From assembly GCA_031409335.1 (NCBI GenBank), contig JANNWY010000168.1:1-30862 (forward strand): DNA of 30,862 nucleotides. The letters are read 5' to 3'. The position numbers and the translations under genes are program-made. The notes beneath the pieces are model-generated. The model searched no databases, was not told the origin of the DNA, and saw only the letters and a list, made by a program, of their open reading frames with translations. Below, piece after piece: positions 20,193 through 30,862 of the stretch. The stretch is from Chthoniobacteraceae bacterium. Its GTDB lineage: Bacteria; Verrucomicrobiota; Verrucomicrobiia; Chthoniobacterales; Chthoniobacteraceae. Each line of letters starts with the position of its first letter. The first letter of the stretch is position 1.

Positions 20193-20513
20193 TTATAGAG
20201 GTGCGGACGTCTTGAATAGGTAGTGGACGAGGATGTTCATGATGAAATCCCATCCAGCGACATACCCACTCAGCAGCATCATGGCGATGAGGACGATGAG
20301 CGTCGAGTCGATCAATTCCTTGTATTTCTTCGCGCCCTTTTCCTTTGGCTCCCACGGCCATGAGGCTTTGGCGAGCTCGACTTTTACTTCACCGGAGAAA
20401 GTCCGAATCTGCCTCCTATAATGGATCAACACAAAACTTAGAATGAGAACCAGCGCCCACACGATGATTGTGAGGACGATGTTTCCACCGATGATGAAGG
20501 TATCGAAGCTCAT
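20193..20513 (-). CDS. secE: Preprotein translocase subunit SecE
   Basis: EVKVELAKASWP motif plus C-terminal TM; canonical position between tRNA-Trp and nusG. Confidence 0.92.
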   Translation of the reverse strand: MSFDTFIIGGNIVLTIIVWALVLILSFVLIHYRRQIRTFSGEVKVELAKASWPWEPKEKGAKKYKELIDSTLIVLIAMMLLSGYVAGWDFIMNILVHYLFKTSAPL

Positions 20514-20527
20514 GCTTTTTTTTGGAG

Positions 20528-20600
20528 CACGCCAGGAGGGACTCGAACCCCCAACAGGCGGTTTTGGAGACCGCTACTCTACCAATTGAGTTACTGGCGT
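20528..20600 (-). tRNA. tRNA-Trp (CCA); 3' CCA tail not encoded
   Basis: Acceptor ACGCCAG/CTGGCGT, anticodon arm GCGGT-CTCCAAA-ACCGC, T arm GGGGG-TTCGAGT-CCCTC. Confidence 0.96.
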
Positions 20601-20635
20601 AGGACTCTTTCTCCCCGAGGGGAATTGGACTGAAA

Positions 20636-21832
20636 TTAAGGCGTGATGATATCTGAGATACGGCCCGCGCCGACGGTCTTACCGCCTTCACGAATCGCGA
20701 AGCGCATGGTCTTTTCCATGGCGACCGGGGTGATGAGCTCGACTTCGATCGAGACGTTATCGCCGGGCATGACCATCTCGACGCCTTCAGGAAGCTTGAC
20801 CATGCCGGTCACGTCCGTGGTGCGGAAGAAGAACTGCGGGCGGTAGTTCGAGAAGAACGGCGTGTGACGGCCACCTTCGTCCTTGGAGAGGACGTAGATT
20901 TCGGCTTTGAATTTCTTGTGCGGCTTGATGGAGCCGGGCTTGGCGATGACCATGCCGCGCTCGACATCGTCTTTCTTCGTGCCGCGGAGCAGCAGGCCGA
21001 CGTTGTCGCCAGCACGCGCTTCGTCGAGGAGTTTGCGGAACATTTCGATGTCCGTGACGGTGGTCTTCGCAGTGTCGCGGATACCGATGAGTTCGACTTC
21101 CTCCATCTTTTTCAGGATGCCGCGCTCGACACGACCGGTGGCGACGGTGCCGCGACCTTCGATGTTAAACACGTCTTCGACAGGCATCAGGAAAGGCAGA
21201 TCGACCGGACGATCCGGCACGGGGATGTATTCATCGACTGCGTCGATGAGATCCATGATGCACTTGGCGTCTGGATGGCTAGGATCGCCAGCAGCGAGCG
21301 CCTTGACGGCGGAACCCTTGACGATCGGGATTTTGTCGCCGGGGAATTCATACACCGTGAGGAGGTCGCGCACTTCCATTTCGACGAGCTCGAGCAGCTC
21401 GGGATCATCGACCATGTCGCACTTGTTCAGGAAAACGACGATCGCGGGAACGCCAACCTGGCGGGCGAGCAGGATGTGCTCGCGCGTCTGCGGCATCGGA
21501 CCGTCCGCAGCGGAGACAACGAGGATCGCACCGTCCATCTGGGCGGCACCAGTGATCATGTTCTTGATGTAATCCGCGTGGCCGGGGCAATCGACGTGCG
21601 CATAGTGGCGCTTCTCGGATTGGTACTCGACGTGAGCGGTGTTGATCGTGATACCCCGTTCCTTTTCCTCGGGCGCAGCGTCGATTTCCGAATACTTCTT
21701 CGCCTCCGCGAAGCCTTTCTTGGAAAGAACGGTGGTGATGGCCGCTGTGAGAGTGGTCTTGCCGTGATCGACGTGGCCGATCGTGCCGACGTTGACGTGG
21801 GGTTTGCTGCGTTCGAATTGCGCCTTAGCCAT
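20636..21832 (-). CDS. tuf: Elongation factor Tu
   Basis: [34 protein letters not shown]. Confidence 0.99.
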   Translation of the reverse strand: MAKAQFERSKPHVNVGTIGHVDHGKTTLTAAITTVLSKKGFAEAKKYSEIDAAPEEKERGITINTAHVEYQSEKRHYAHVDCPGHADYIKNMITGAAQMDGAILVVSAADGPMPQTREHILLARQVGVPAIVVFLNKCDMVDDPELLELVEMEVRDLLTVYEFPGDKIPIVKGSAVKALAAGDPSHPDAKCIMDLIDAVDEYIPVPDRPVDLPFLMPVEDVFNIEGRGTVATGRVERGILKKMEEVELIGIRDTAKTTVTDIEMFRKLLDEARAGDNVGLLLRGTKKDDVERGMVIAKPGSIKPHKKFKAEIYVLSKDEGGRHTPFFSNYRPQFFFRTTDVTGMVKLPEGVEMVMPGDNVSIEVELITPVAMEKTMRFAIREGGKTVGAGRISDIITP

Positions 21833-21897
21833 AAGGTCAGGTGATTAGTTGGGTTGGTTTGTGTTTGCGGGTTAAAAATGAATTGTTCGGATGGGCT

Positions 21898-21973
21898 TGG
21901 AGCCTGCAACCGGGATCGAACCGGTGACCTCGTCCTTACCAAGGACGTGCTCTACCAACTGAGCTATGCAGGC
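21898..21973 (-). tRNA. tRNA-Thr (GGT) with encoded CCA
   Basis: Acceptor GCCTGCA/TGCAGGC, anticodon arm CGTCC-TTGGTAA-GGACG, T arm ACCGG-TTCGATC-CCGGT. Confidence 0.97.
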
Positions 21974-22022
21974 CTGCGTCCGTGTGTGAAATCAGGGACT
22001 TCAAACTCCGGCTAATTTGTAT

Positions 22023-22133
22023 TCCACTTGCCGGACTCTCTGAGGGCGTAAAAGCCCGAGTCGAACCGGCCATCTGGTGGGTCAGGCCGTTTTCGATTCG
22101 AGCTACACGATCCTCGTTTTTCCGAAAAGTGGA
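22023..22133 (-). ncRNA. Candidate rod-shaped structured RNA or leader of the tRNA-Thr/tuf operon
   Basis: Seven nested helices (about 37 bp in 111 nt) pairing the 5' and 3' ends; starts at the predicted TSS. Confidence 0.55.
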
Positions 22134-22138
22134 GCGCG

Positions 22139-22166
22139 AAACTAGCAAAGCACCCCGGCGTGTCAA
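22139..22166 (-). promoter_or_regulatory. Sigma70 promoter of the tRNA-Thr-tuf operon
   Basis: TTGACA-N16-TAGTTT with extended -10 TG and GC-rich discriminator CGCGC. Confidence 0.65.
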
Positions 22167-22301
22167 AAGCTTTTCAAGGTATTTCTCGACGAGGCAAGGC
22201 AGGCGGAAATCGCGCCGCCAAAACAGCGACGGGGCGCATCCCGCCCGTTCGAAATCCGCGCGGCATCCCTGCCGGTTTGCCGATTCCGTGAACGCTGCGG
22301 A

Positions 22302-22739
22302 CTATCGCGCTGCCAGCGCCGCGGGCACATCGGACAGCACTTTTTCCACCCAGATTTCGAGCGGACCGCGTCCATGATTGTCGCGCAGGGAATTGATCCA
22401 CGCTCCGGTGAACGACGCGAGCGCAAGCAGCACGCACAGCATTCGCAATGACTGGCGTGAACCCCGGCGGCGCATGACCAGGCACGCAAATACCGCAAAG
22501 CTGATCAGCGTCGGCGTCGCGCTCAATCCCTGCATCAGCGCCGTCAGCGAGCGCAGCGTGATCCCGGCACCGAAGCCGGGCATTCCCGCAAACTGAAACG
22601 CCGCTGCCGCGAGGCCAACGCTCCCCACGAGCCCGGCGGCGAGCGAAGGACGCACGATCCACCACGGCGAATCCGTGACAGCGTGCATCCGGGAGGAACC
22701 GTTCATCTTTTCGGTTTCTGGATATTCGATTGTAGTCAT
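22302..22739 (-). CDS. Hypothetical membrane protein (about 3 TM)
   Basis: Three hydrophobic segments; fills the gap divergent from thiE. Confidence 0.55.
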   Translation of the reverse strand: MTTIEYPETEKMNGSSRMHAVTDSPWWIVRPSLAAGLVGSVGLAAAAFQFAGMPGFGAGITLRSLTALMQGLSATPTLISFAVFACLVMRRRGSRQSLRMLCVLLALASFTGAWINSLRDNHGRGPLEIWVEKVLSDVPAALAAR

Positions 22740-22878
22740 GCACCGATGATCGCATGGCCCTTCGCGCCAGCGAAGTTACAGTCACACGACGAATGTTACA
22801 TCTCGGTGAACCGCCGGGAGCGGGCGCGGCGGAGGAAACCATTGCCAAAACCGCGCCGAGCATGGTCGATTGCGTGCG

Positions 22879-23562
22879 ATGAAATCTCCCGCCGATGCAC
22901 GGCTCTACGCCATCCTCGATCTCGGCTACGTCGCCGCAGCGGACGCGATGCGCGTCACGGAAAAGCTGATCGAAGGCGGGATCGACCTGCTGCAACTGCG
23001 TGCAAAAGGAATCGCGGAGGAAAACGTGGAAACGCTCGCAGCTGAAATCATCCGCGTCACAGAACCCGCCGGCGTGCCGCTCATCATCAACGATCACCCG
23101 CACCTCGTCCCGTCCGTCGGGGCGCAGGGCGCGCATGTCGGGCAGGAAGATTTCACCGTCGCCGACGCGCGCTGGCGGGCTGGCCGCGCACTCGCGGGGG
23201 AAGTGCCGCCGCCGATCATCGGTCGCTCCACGCATTCCATCGCCCAGGCCGAGGCCGCCGCGACGGAAGGCGCGGACTACATCGGCTTCGGCCCGCTTTT
23301 TTCCACGCCGACAAAACCGGGCCGGCCCGCAATCGGCCTCGCCGACATCCGCCGCGTGCATGAAGTCGTGAAGATTCCGATCTTCTGCATCGGCGGCGTG
23401 AATCTCGAAACGCTCGACGAAGTGCTCGCCGCCGGAGCGCGGCGCATCGTCATCGTCTCCGCGCTGCTGCAGGCGAAAGACATCGCCCAATACGCGCGCG
23501 CCGTCCGCTCGCGGCTGGATGAAACGTCGGCAAAATCGAACGAATTTTTAACAACTTCCTGA
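22879..23562 (+). CDS. thiE: Thiamine-phosphate synthase
   Basis: LYAILD, LQLRAK, LIINDH, GAHVGQED, IGRSTHS, DYIGFGPLFSTPTK, IFCIGG. Confidence 0.95.
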   Translation: MKSPADARLYAILDLGYVAAADAMRVTEKLIEGGIDLLQLRAKGIAEENVETLAAEIIRVTEPAGVPLIINDHPHLVPSVGAQGAHVGQEDFTVADARWRAGRALAGEVPPPIIGRSTHSIAQAEAAATEGADYIGFGPLFSTPTKPGRPAIGLADIRRVHEVVKIPIFCIGGVNLETLDEVLAAGARRIVIVSALLQAKDIAQYARAVRSRLDETSAKSNEFLTTS

Positions 23563-23608
23563 ACCTAAATTGACAACCTCCGCCGCAACGCGGGCTGTAT
23601 TCAAAGCC

Positions 23609-24838
23609 ATGAAAAACGCAATCCCACCCAAACAAATCGCAAGCCGAATTTCCCTCGCGATCGCCGTGATCGCACTCCTCAGCCTTGCCCTGCCTGTCAC
23701 GGCAAAGGACGCCAAACCACCCGAAGTCGATTCGCCGGCCAAGGTAAAACCCGGCACCATCGGTCTGCTGAAAGCGACGGGAAAAGGGATGCGCTACTTT
23801 CTCCGCGTGCCGAAAAAATACGACGCGAGGAACGGCGCGCGGCTCATCGTTTTCCTCCACGGCTCGAACATGAACGGCCTTTCATACCTGCAAAGTTTTG
23901 AGGCGAAAAAATGGTGCGAGGACGACATCCTGTGCTGCCCGAACGGCGAGTCGGGCACCGATCCGTTTGGCGCGAACAATTTCGGTTTCGAGAGCGGCCC
24001 GCTCGTCGCGGATGTCACCACGGAAATCCAAAAAGCATTCAAGACCACGATCACTTACGTCGGCGGCCACTCGCAGGGCGCGTTCCTGACTTACAGCGTG
24101 ATCTTGAACTACCCCGAACTCTACCGCGGCGCGTTCCCGATGGCGGGCGATTGCTGGATGCAGAACGAACCGAATCTTTGGGAGGACAAACCCGACGTTT
24201 TGAAAAAACAGAGGGAAATCCCGATCGCAGTCATCCACGGCAAGGCCGATCCAGTCGTTGCGTTTTCCCAGGGACAACATGCCTACGACTGCTTCCGCGC
24301 GATGGGCTGGAACAAGCTGCGCCTCTTCGCACCGGCGAATCTCAATCACATGTTCATGCCCGCGCCCATCGACGAAGCGATCGAATGGCTCGACGCGATG
24401 AACGGGCTCAACGAACAAAAGAGTCTCAGCCTCGCGGCAAAATGGTCGCGTGAAGGCGAGTGGGGCTGGGTCTGGAATGCCGCGAAGAATTCGAAGATGG
24501 GCGGGCTCACGCTAAAATCCGCCGAGGACGCCGCAGCGAAAGTCGTCCCCGCAATGACCGCCGCGATGAAAGGAAAGCCCGCGGACTGGGTGCCAAAGTG
24601 GATCGAGTTCTGGCGCGTGTATGGCGCGACGAACGCCGCGAAACCACTCGTCGCAGCCTACCTCGCGCAGCGCGATCAACAGCGCGAATCCGCCGCGCAA
24701 CTCTTCAACGAATCGCAAGTTCTCTTCCGATCCCAGAAACGCGACGACGCCTTCAAAGTGCTCGAAAAGCTGCGCGACGAAGGGCCATCGACCTACCAGG
24801 GATATTTCGCCTGGAAGTGGTTGTCGGAAAAAAAGTGA
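23609..24838 (+). CDS. Secreted alpha/beta-hydrolase (esterase/peptidase-like) with helical C-terminal domain
   Basis: Signal peptide; LIVFLHG, nucleophile GHSQG, IHGKADPVV (Asp), LNHMF (His). Confidence 0.85.
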   Translation: MKNAIPPKQIASRISLAIAVIALLSLALPVTAKDAKPPEVDSPAKVKPGTIGLLKATGKGMRYFLRVPKKYDARNGARLIVFLHGSNMNGLSYLQSFEAKKWCEDDILCCPNGESGTDPFGANNFGFESGPLVADVTTEIQKAFKTTITYVGGHSQGAFLTYSVILNYPELYRGAFPMAGDCWMQNEPNLWEDKPDVLKKQREIPIAVIHGKADPVVAFSQGQHAYDCFRAMGWNKLRLFAPANLNHMFMPAPIDEAIEWLDAMNGLNEQKSLSLAAKWSREGEWGWVWNAAKNSKMGGLTLKSAEDAAAKVVPAMTAAMKGKPADWVPKWIEFWRVYGATNAAKPLVAAYLAQRDQQRESAAQLFNESQVLFRSQKRDDAFKVLEKLRDEGPSTYQGYFAWKWLSEKK

Positions 24839-24848
24839 ACCGCGTTTT

Positions 24849-25319
24849 TCAAAGCCACTCGACCTCGCGACTCAGCATCGTGTCGCCGTCGAACTCGAAC
24901 CACCCGCGAAAGCTCTTCCCGGCAAGAACCTGCGGCAGCCAGTGCCGGTCGTCGGCCCACATTTCACCGTAAGGCACCGCCTCGATCGCGACCCAAAACG
25001 GCGCGGCTTCGACCGTCTCGATCGGCTCGCCAGCGAGATCGTTTGCGATGAACACCGCGCACTCGAGGCTGTAGCCGTCCGCGAATTGAAAATGCAAAAC
25101 ACCGCGATCTTCGATGTCGAGTGGCTTCACGCCGATCTCTTCCTGCACTTCGCGGATCGCCGATTGCAGCATCGTTTCCCCTGGTTCGATCTTCCCGCCG
25201 GGCCCGTTCACTTTCCCCGCGCCAAGCCCGCGCTTTTTGCGGATGAGCAGCACGCGCCCGTCTTTCACGATGAAGCAAAGATTCGCCCGCTCGCGCGGGA
25301 TCCAGTTTTTCCAGTCCAT
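24849..25319 (-). CDS. Nudix hydrolase, MTH1-like 8-oxo-dGTP diphosphatase
   Basis: KKRGLGAGKVNGPGGKIEPGE...AIREVQEEIG Nudix box; PYGEMWADDRHWLP. Confidence 0.92.
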   Translation of the reverse strand: MDWKNWIPRERANLCFIVKDGRVLLIRKKRGLGAGKVNGPGGKIEPGETMLQSAIREVQEEIGVKPLDIEDRGVLHFQFADGYSLECAVFIANDLAGEPIETVEAAPFWVAIEAVPYGEMWADDRHWLPQVLAGKSFRGWFEFDGDTMLSREVEWL

Positions 25320-25340
25320 GTGCGTGCGACGGTAGCGAGG

Positions 25341-25368
25341 GATTTAGGATTTACGATTTAGGATTTAG
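25341..25368. repeat. Heptamer tandem repeat (GATTTAS)x4
   Basis: gatttag gatttac gatttag gatttag in the 64-bp divergent intergenic gap. Confidence 0.8.
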
Positions 25369-25383
25369 CCTTTTCCTCAACGC

Positions 25384-25737
25384 ATGACATCCGCCACCGC
25401 CTTCCGCATTTCCGCCGCCTTCGGATTCCTCGCTGTCGCCCTCGGCGCATTCGGCGCGCATGGATTGAAAAACACGCTCACCGCGAACGACACGCTTGCC
25501 GTCTGGCAAACCGCCGCGCTTTACCATGTCGTCCACGCCGTCGTGATGCTCGCCCTCGCCTCGCGCGAAACGTTGCACGTTTGGGCATGGCGCTTTTTCG
25601 CAGCAGGCATCGTGATATTCAGCGGCAGCCTCTACGCGCTCGCTTTGAGCAAAGCGCACTTTCTGGTCTATTTCACACCGCTTGGCGGCGTGTGCCTGCT
25701 TGCGGGCTGGCTGGCGCTCGCGCTGCGGGGTAAATAG
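25384..25737 (+). CDS. DUF423 (YgdD/TMEM256) membrane protein
   Basis: VALGAFGAHGL, WQTAALYHVVH, IFSGSLY, TPLGG. Confidence 0.93.
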   Translation: MTSATAFRISAAFGFLAVALGAFGAHGLKNTLTANDTLAVWQTAALYHVVHAVVMLALASRETLHVWAWRFFAAGIVIFSGSLYALALSKAHFLVYFTPLGGVCLLAGWLALALRGK

Positions 25738-25740
25738 CGC

Positions 25741-25824
25741 CGTGGCTGGCCGCTCCTGCGGCGCGCGGGAAAAGCGGGCGCAGCCACCCCATTGTCCCGC
25801 TCGCCGCTGGAGCGGCAAGCCACG
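25741..25824. repeat. Inverted repeat between the convergent DUF423 gene and gcvP
   Basis: cgtggctggccgctcc (25741-25756) and ggagcggcaagccacg (25809-25824), 15/16 complementary. Confidence 0.65.
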
Positions 25825-25831
25825 ATGCGCG

Positions 25832-28829
<2,998 letters not shown>

Positions 28830-28876
28830 GCGGAGTTTCAGATTTCCGGGGTGGATTCCGCGATGCGGCGAGTCTT

Positions 28877-29036
28877 GGTAGCACGCTCGTCCCGAGCGTT
28901 GGCGAAGGCGTCCCGCCTTTGCGGACTTTTCAAAGCGTTCTCGGCAGGAAACGCGATGAGCTCACTCGCGATCCGCGCTCAGGAAAGTTCGTTTCGGCGG
29001 GACGCCGAAACCAACGTGCGGGACGCACGTGCTACC
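28877..29036. repeat. REP/REPIN-like element (GTAG type) between gcvH and gcvP
   Basis: Inverted arms ggtagcacgctcgtcccgagcgttgg and ccaacgtgcgggacgcacgtgctacc, each with two internal hairpins. Confidence 0.8.
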
Positions 29037-29044
29037 CGGAAATC

Positions 29045-29425
29045 CTAAGCGCCGAGCTGCGTGGTGTATTGCGCGGGCGTTTTGAGGACGCTTGTTTGCG
29101 ACGGATCGGAAAGTTTCATTTTGTAAATCCAGCCTGCGCCGTGCGGGTCGGTGTTGATGAGCGCGGGGTTGGCGGCCAGGGCTTCGTTCACCGCCGTCAC
29201 GGTGCCGGACATCGGCGAAAAAATATCGCTCGCGGCTTTCACGGATTCGACCACGCACACCTGCGCCTGCGCCTCCACGGTCGCGCCGACTTTCGGCAGC
29301 TCGACGTACACGACATCGTTGAGTTCATGCTGCGCGTGGTCGCTGATGCCGACGGTGCCTTCATCGCCAGCGATGCGGAGCCATTCGTGGGATTCGGCGT
29401 AAAGGAGATCTGATGGGACGTTCAT
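29045..29425 (-). CDS. gcvH: Glycine cleavage system H protein
   Basis: YAESHEW, VGISDHAQ, lipoyl motif VESVKAASD, INTDPHGAGW; start at MNVPSD. Confidence 0.97.
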   Translation of the reverse strand: MNVPSDLLYAESHEWLRIAGDEGTVGISDHAQHELNDVVYVELPKVGATVEAQAQVCVVESVKAASDIFSPMSGTVTAVNEALAANPALINTDPHGAGWIYKMKLSDPSQTSVLKTPAQYTTQLGA

Positions 29426-29451
29426 TCGATTTCGGATTTGGGATTGCGGAT
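29424..29451. repeat. Degenerate heptamer array (consensus TTCGGAT)x4
   Basis: attcgat ttcggat ttgggat tgcggat filling the gcvT-gcvH spacer. Confidence 0.65.
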
Positions 29452-29456
29452 AAAAA

Positions 29457-30569
29457 TCAGGAGGCGGCACCGGGCTGATGCAGCGGTTTTTTCTGGATCG
29501 TCGCGGTGAATTTCCTCCCTCGAATATCGATCTCGATCTCCTCGCCGATGCGGGCGATTCCGGTCGGGACGTAAGCCATGCCGATGCCGATTTTCAGCGT
29601 CGGTGAGAGCGAGCCGCTCGTCGTCTCGGTGATCTTTTCGCCATTCTTGAAGACGCCGTAGTGCGAGCGCGGCGGCGGGCTGGCACCGTTCATTTTGAAA
29701 GGGACGAGCCGGCGCGCGATGCCTGCCTGCTTTTGCGCGATCAGCGCGTCGCGCCCGATAAATTCAGGTTTTTGCAGATCGACGAAGAAGGCGAGGCCGG
29801 CTTCGAGCGGCGTCGTGTCGGGCGAAAGATCGGAGCCGTTCAGCGGATAGCACATTTCCAGCCGGAGCGTGTCGCGCGCGCCAAGGCCGCACGGTTTGAT
29901 GCCAAATTGCGCGCCACGTTCCAGGATGTCGTTCCACGATTTCACCGCGCGATCGGCCGCGCAGAAAACCTCGAAACCGTCCTCGCCCGTGTAGCCGGTG
30001 CGGGCGATGAAATAGACCGAGTCGTCGATCTCAATTCGCAGGATTTCATTCCGCGCCGGACGCGAATATTTCCCGCCGAAAAACGCATCGAAAAGCTGCG
30101 CGGACTTCGGCCCCTGCACGGCGAGCCCGGCGTAGGAATCGCTTGCGTTTTCAAACTTCACCCCGTCGCCAAGGTGCGACTGCATCCACGCGAAATCCTC
30201 GTCGATCTTCCCCGCATTCACGACGAGCAAGTAACGCTCATCGCCGAGCCGATAGACGATGAGATCGTCGATCACGCCGCCCTTTTCCGTGAGCAAAAAC
30301 GTGTACTGGCACTCGCCCACGTCGAGCTTCTCCACGTTGTTTGCGAGCATATGCTGGAGCCACGCGGTCGCGCCCGGACCCTCGGCAAAAAACTGGCCCA
30401 TGTGCGAAATATCGAATACGCCGAGCGCCGTGCGGACGGCGTGATGTTCATCGAGGATCCCGGTGTATTGCACGGGCATCGACCAGCCGCCGAAATCAAC
30501 GAGCTTCGCGCCGAGGCGCGCGTGTTCATCGTGGAGCGGAGTTTTTTTAAGCGAAGCGGCGTCGGACAC
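29457..30569 (-). CDS. gcvT: Glycine cleavage system aminomethyltransferase T
   Basis: KTPLH, FGGWSMPVQY, FDISHMG, RTGYTGEDGFE, GLGARDTLRLE; start GTG 30569 (or TTG 30593). Confidence 0.97.
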   Translation of the reverse strand: MSDAASLKKTPLHDEHARLGAKLVDFGGWSMPVQYTGILDEHHAVRTALGVFDISHMGQFFAEGPGATAWLQHMLANNVEKLDVGECQYTFLLTEKGGVIDDLIVYRLGDERYLLVVNAGKIDEDFAWMQSHLGDGVKFENASDSYAGLAVQGPKSAQLFDAFFGGKYSRPARNEILRIEIDDSVYFIARTGYTGEDGFEVFCAADRAVKSWNDILERGAQFGIKPCGLGARDTLRLEMCYPLNGSDLSPDTTPLEAGLAFFVDLQKPEFIGRDALIAQKQAGIARRLVPFKMNGASPPPRSHYGVFKNGEKITETTSGSLSPTLKIGIGMAYVPTGIARIGEEIEIDIRGRKFTATIQKKPLHQPGAAS

Positions 30570-30628
30570 AGTCGCGAAAATATGGGCGAGCAAAGAACTG
30601 TCTAGCGCGGAAATCCTCGGTCAGAATT

Positions 30629-30862
30629 TCATCCGCGCGAGTATCGCAGTTTCGTGCTCACGAAACCCCACGCCATCCCCGCCGCGAGACCGACGCCGTG
30701 ACACACGTTGGCGACGTTCGGAATGAGTCCGACGAGCCCAACGACGAACCAGACAATCAGCCAATGAATCGTGTTCGGAGTGATCTCCCACGCCGCGCCG
30801 GGATCACATTTCGCGCGGATCCAGAGGAAGCCGAAAAGCGCGTAGTCGAGCCCCGCCATTCC
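30629..30862 (-). CDS. C-terminal part of a GlpG-like rhomboid family protein (truncated by the window edge)
   Basis: TM4-like GMAGLDYALFGFLW and TM6-like VANVCHGVGLAAG. Confidence 0.8.
   Translation of the reverse strand, partial: GMAGLDYALFGFLWIRAKCDPGAAWEITPNTIHWLIVWFVVGLVGLIPNVANVCHGVGLAAGMAWGFVSTKLRYSRG

Noticed and set aside
22040..22112. Functional tRNA (Tyr/Gly), SRP RNA or 6S RNA upstream of tRNA-Thr
   Set aside because: No cloverleaf can be drawn, no SRP domain IV motif, too short and no large central bubble for 6S; reported as an unknown structured RNA instead
22740..22878. TPP riboswitch upstream of thiE
   Set aside because: No CUGAGA or ACCUGA core motifs visible
30570..30628. 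Glycine riboswitch upstream of gcvT
   Set aside because: Gap of about 60 bp is too short and lacks aptamer motifs

Overview
High-GC bacterial chromosomal window, mostly housekeeping. Gene order (tRNA-Thr-tuf-tRNA-Trp-secE-nusG-rplK) and protein style suggest PVC superphylum, probably Verrucomicrobiota (inference). Contents in order: hom; two Zn-ribbon hypotheticals divergent from a FlhG/MinD-like ATPase plus an ExeA-like ATPase; recA; a sulfatase; a secreted FN3-like protein; an exbB-exbD-TPR-comEC operon; trmB; two tandem SPFH genes; an ankyrin gene; the tuf cluster, which stops after rplK (no rplA); thiE; a secreted alpha/beta-hydrolase; a Nudix hydrolase; DUF423; gcvT-gcvH-gcvP; and a partial rhomboid. 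Most notable observations: (1) GcvP carries an in-frame 58-aa patch of an Afp15/Pvc15-type AAA+ ATPase ([11 protein letters not shown]...FFDE.DALFGKR...[13 protein letters not shown]) in place of its inter-domain linker, plus a second patch made of a (TTCGATG)5 heptamer array; (2) an approximately 111-nt rod-like RNA that starts at the predicted TSS of the tRNA-Thr/tuf operon; (3) several REP/REPIN-like and heptamer repeat families; (4) a rhomboid with Ala at the catalytic Ser position. All calls come from reading the sequence; no searches were run.
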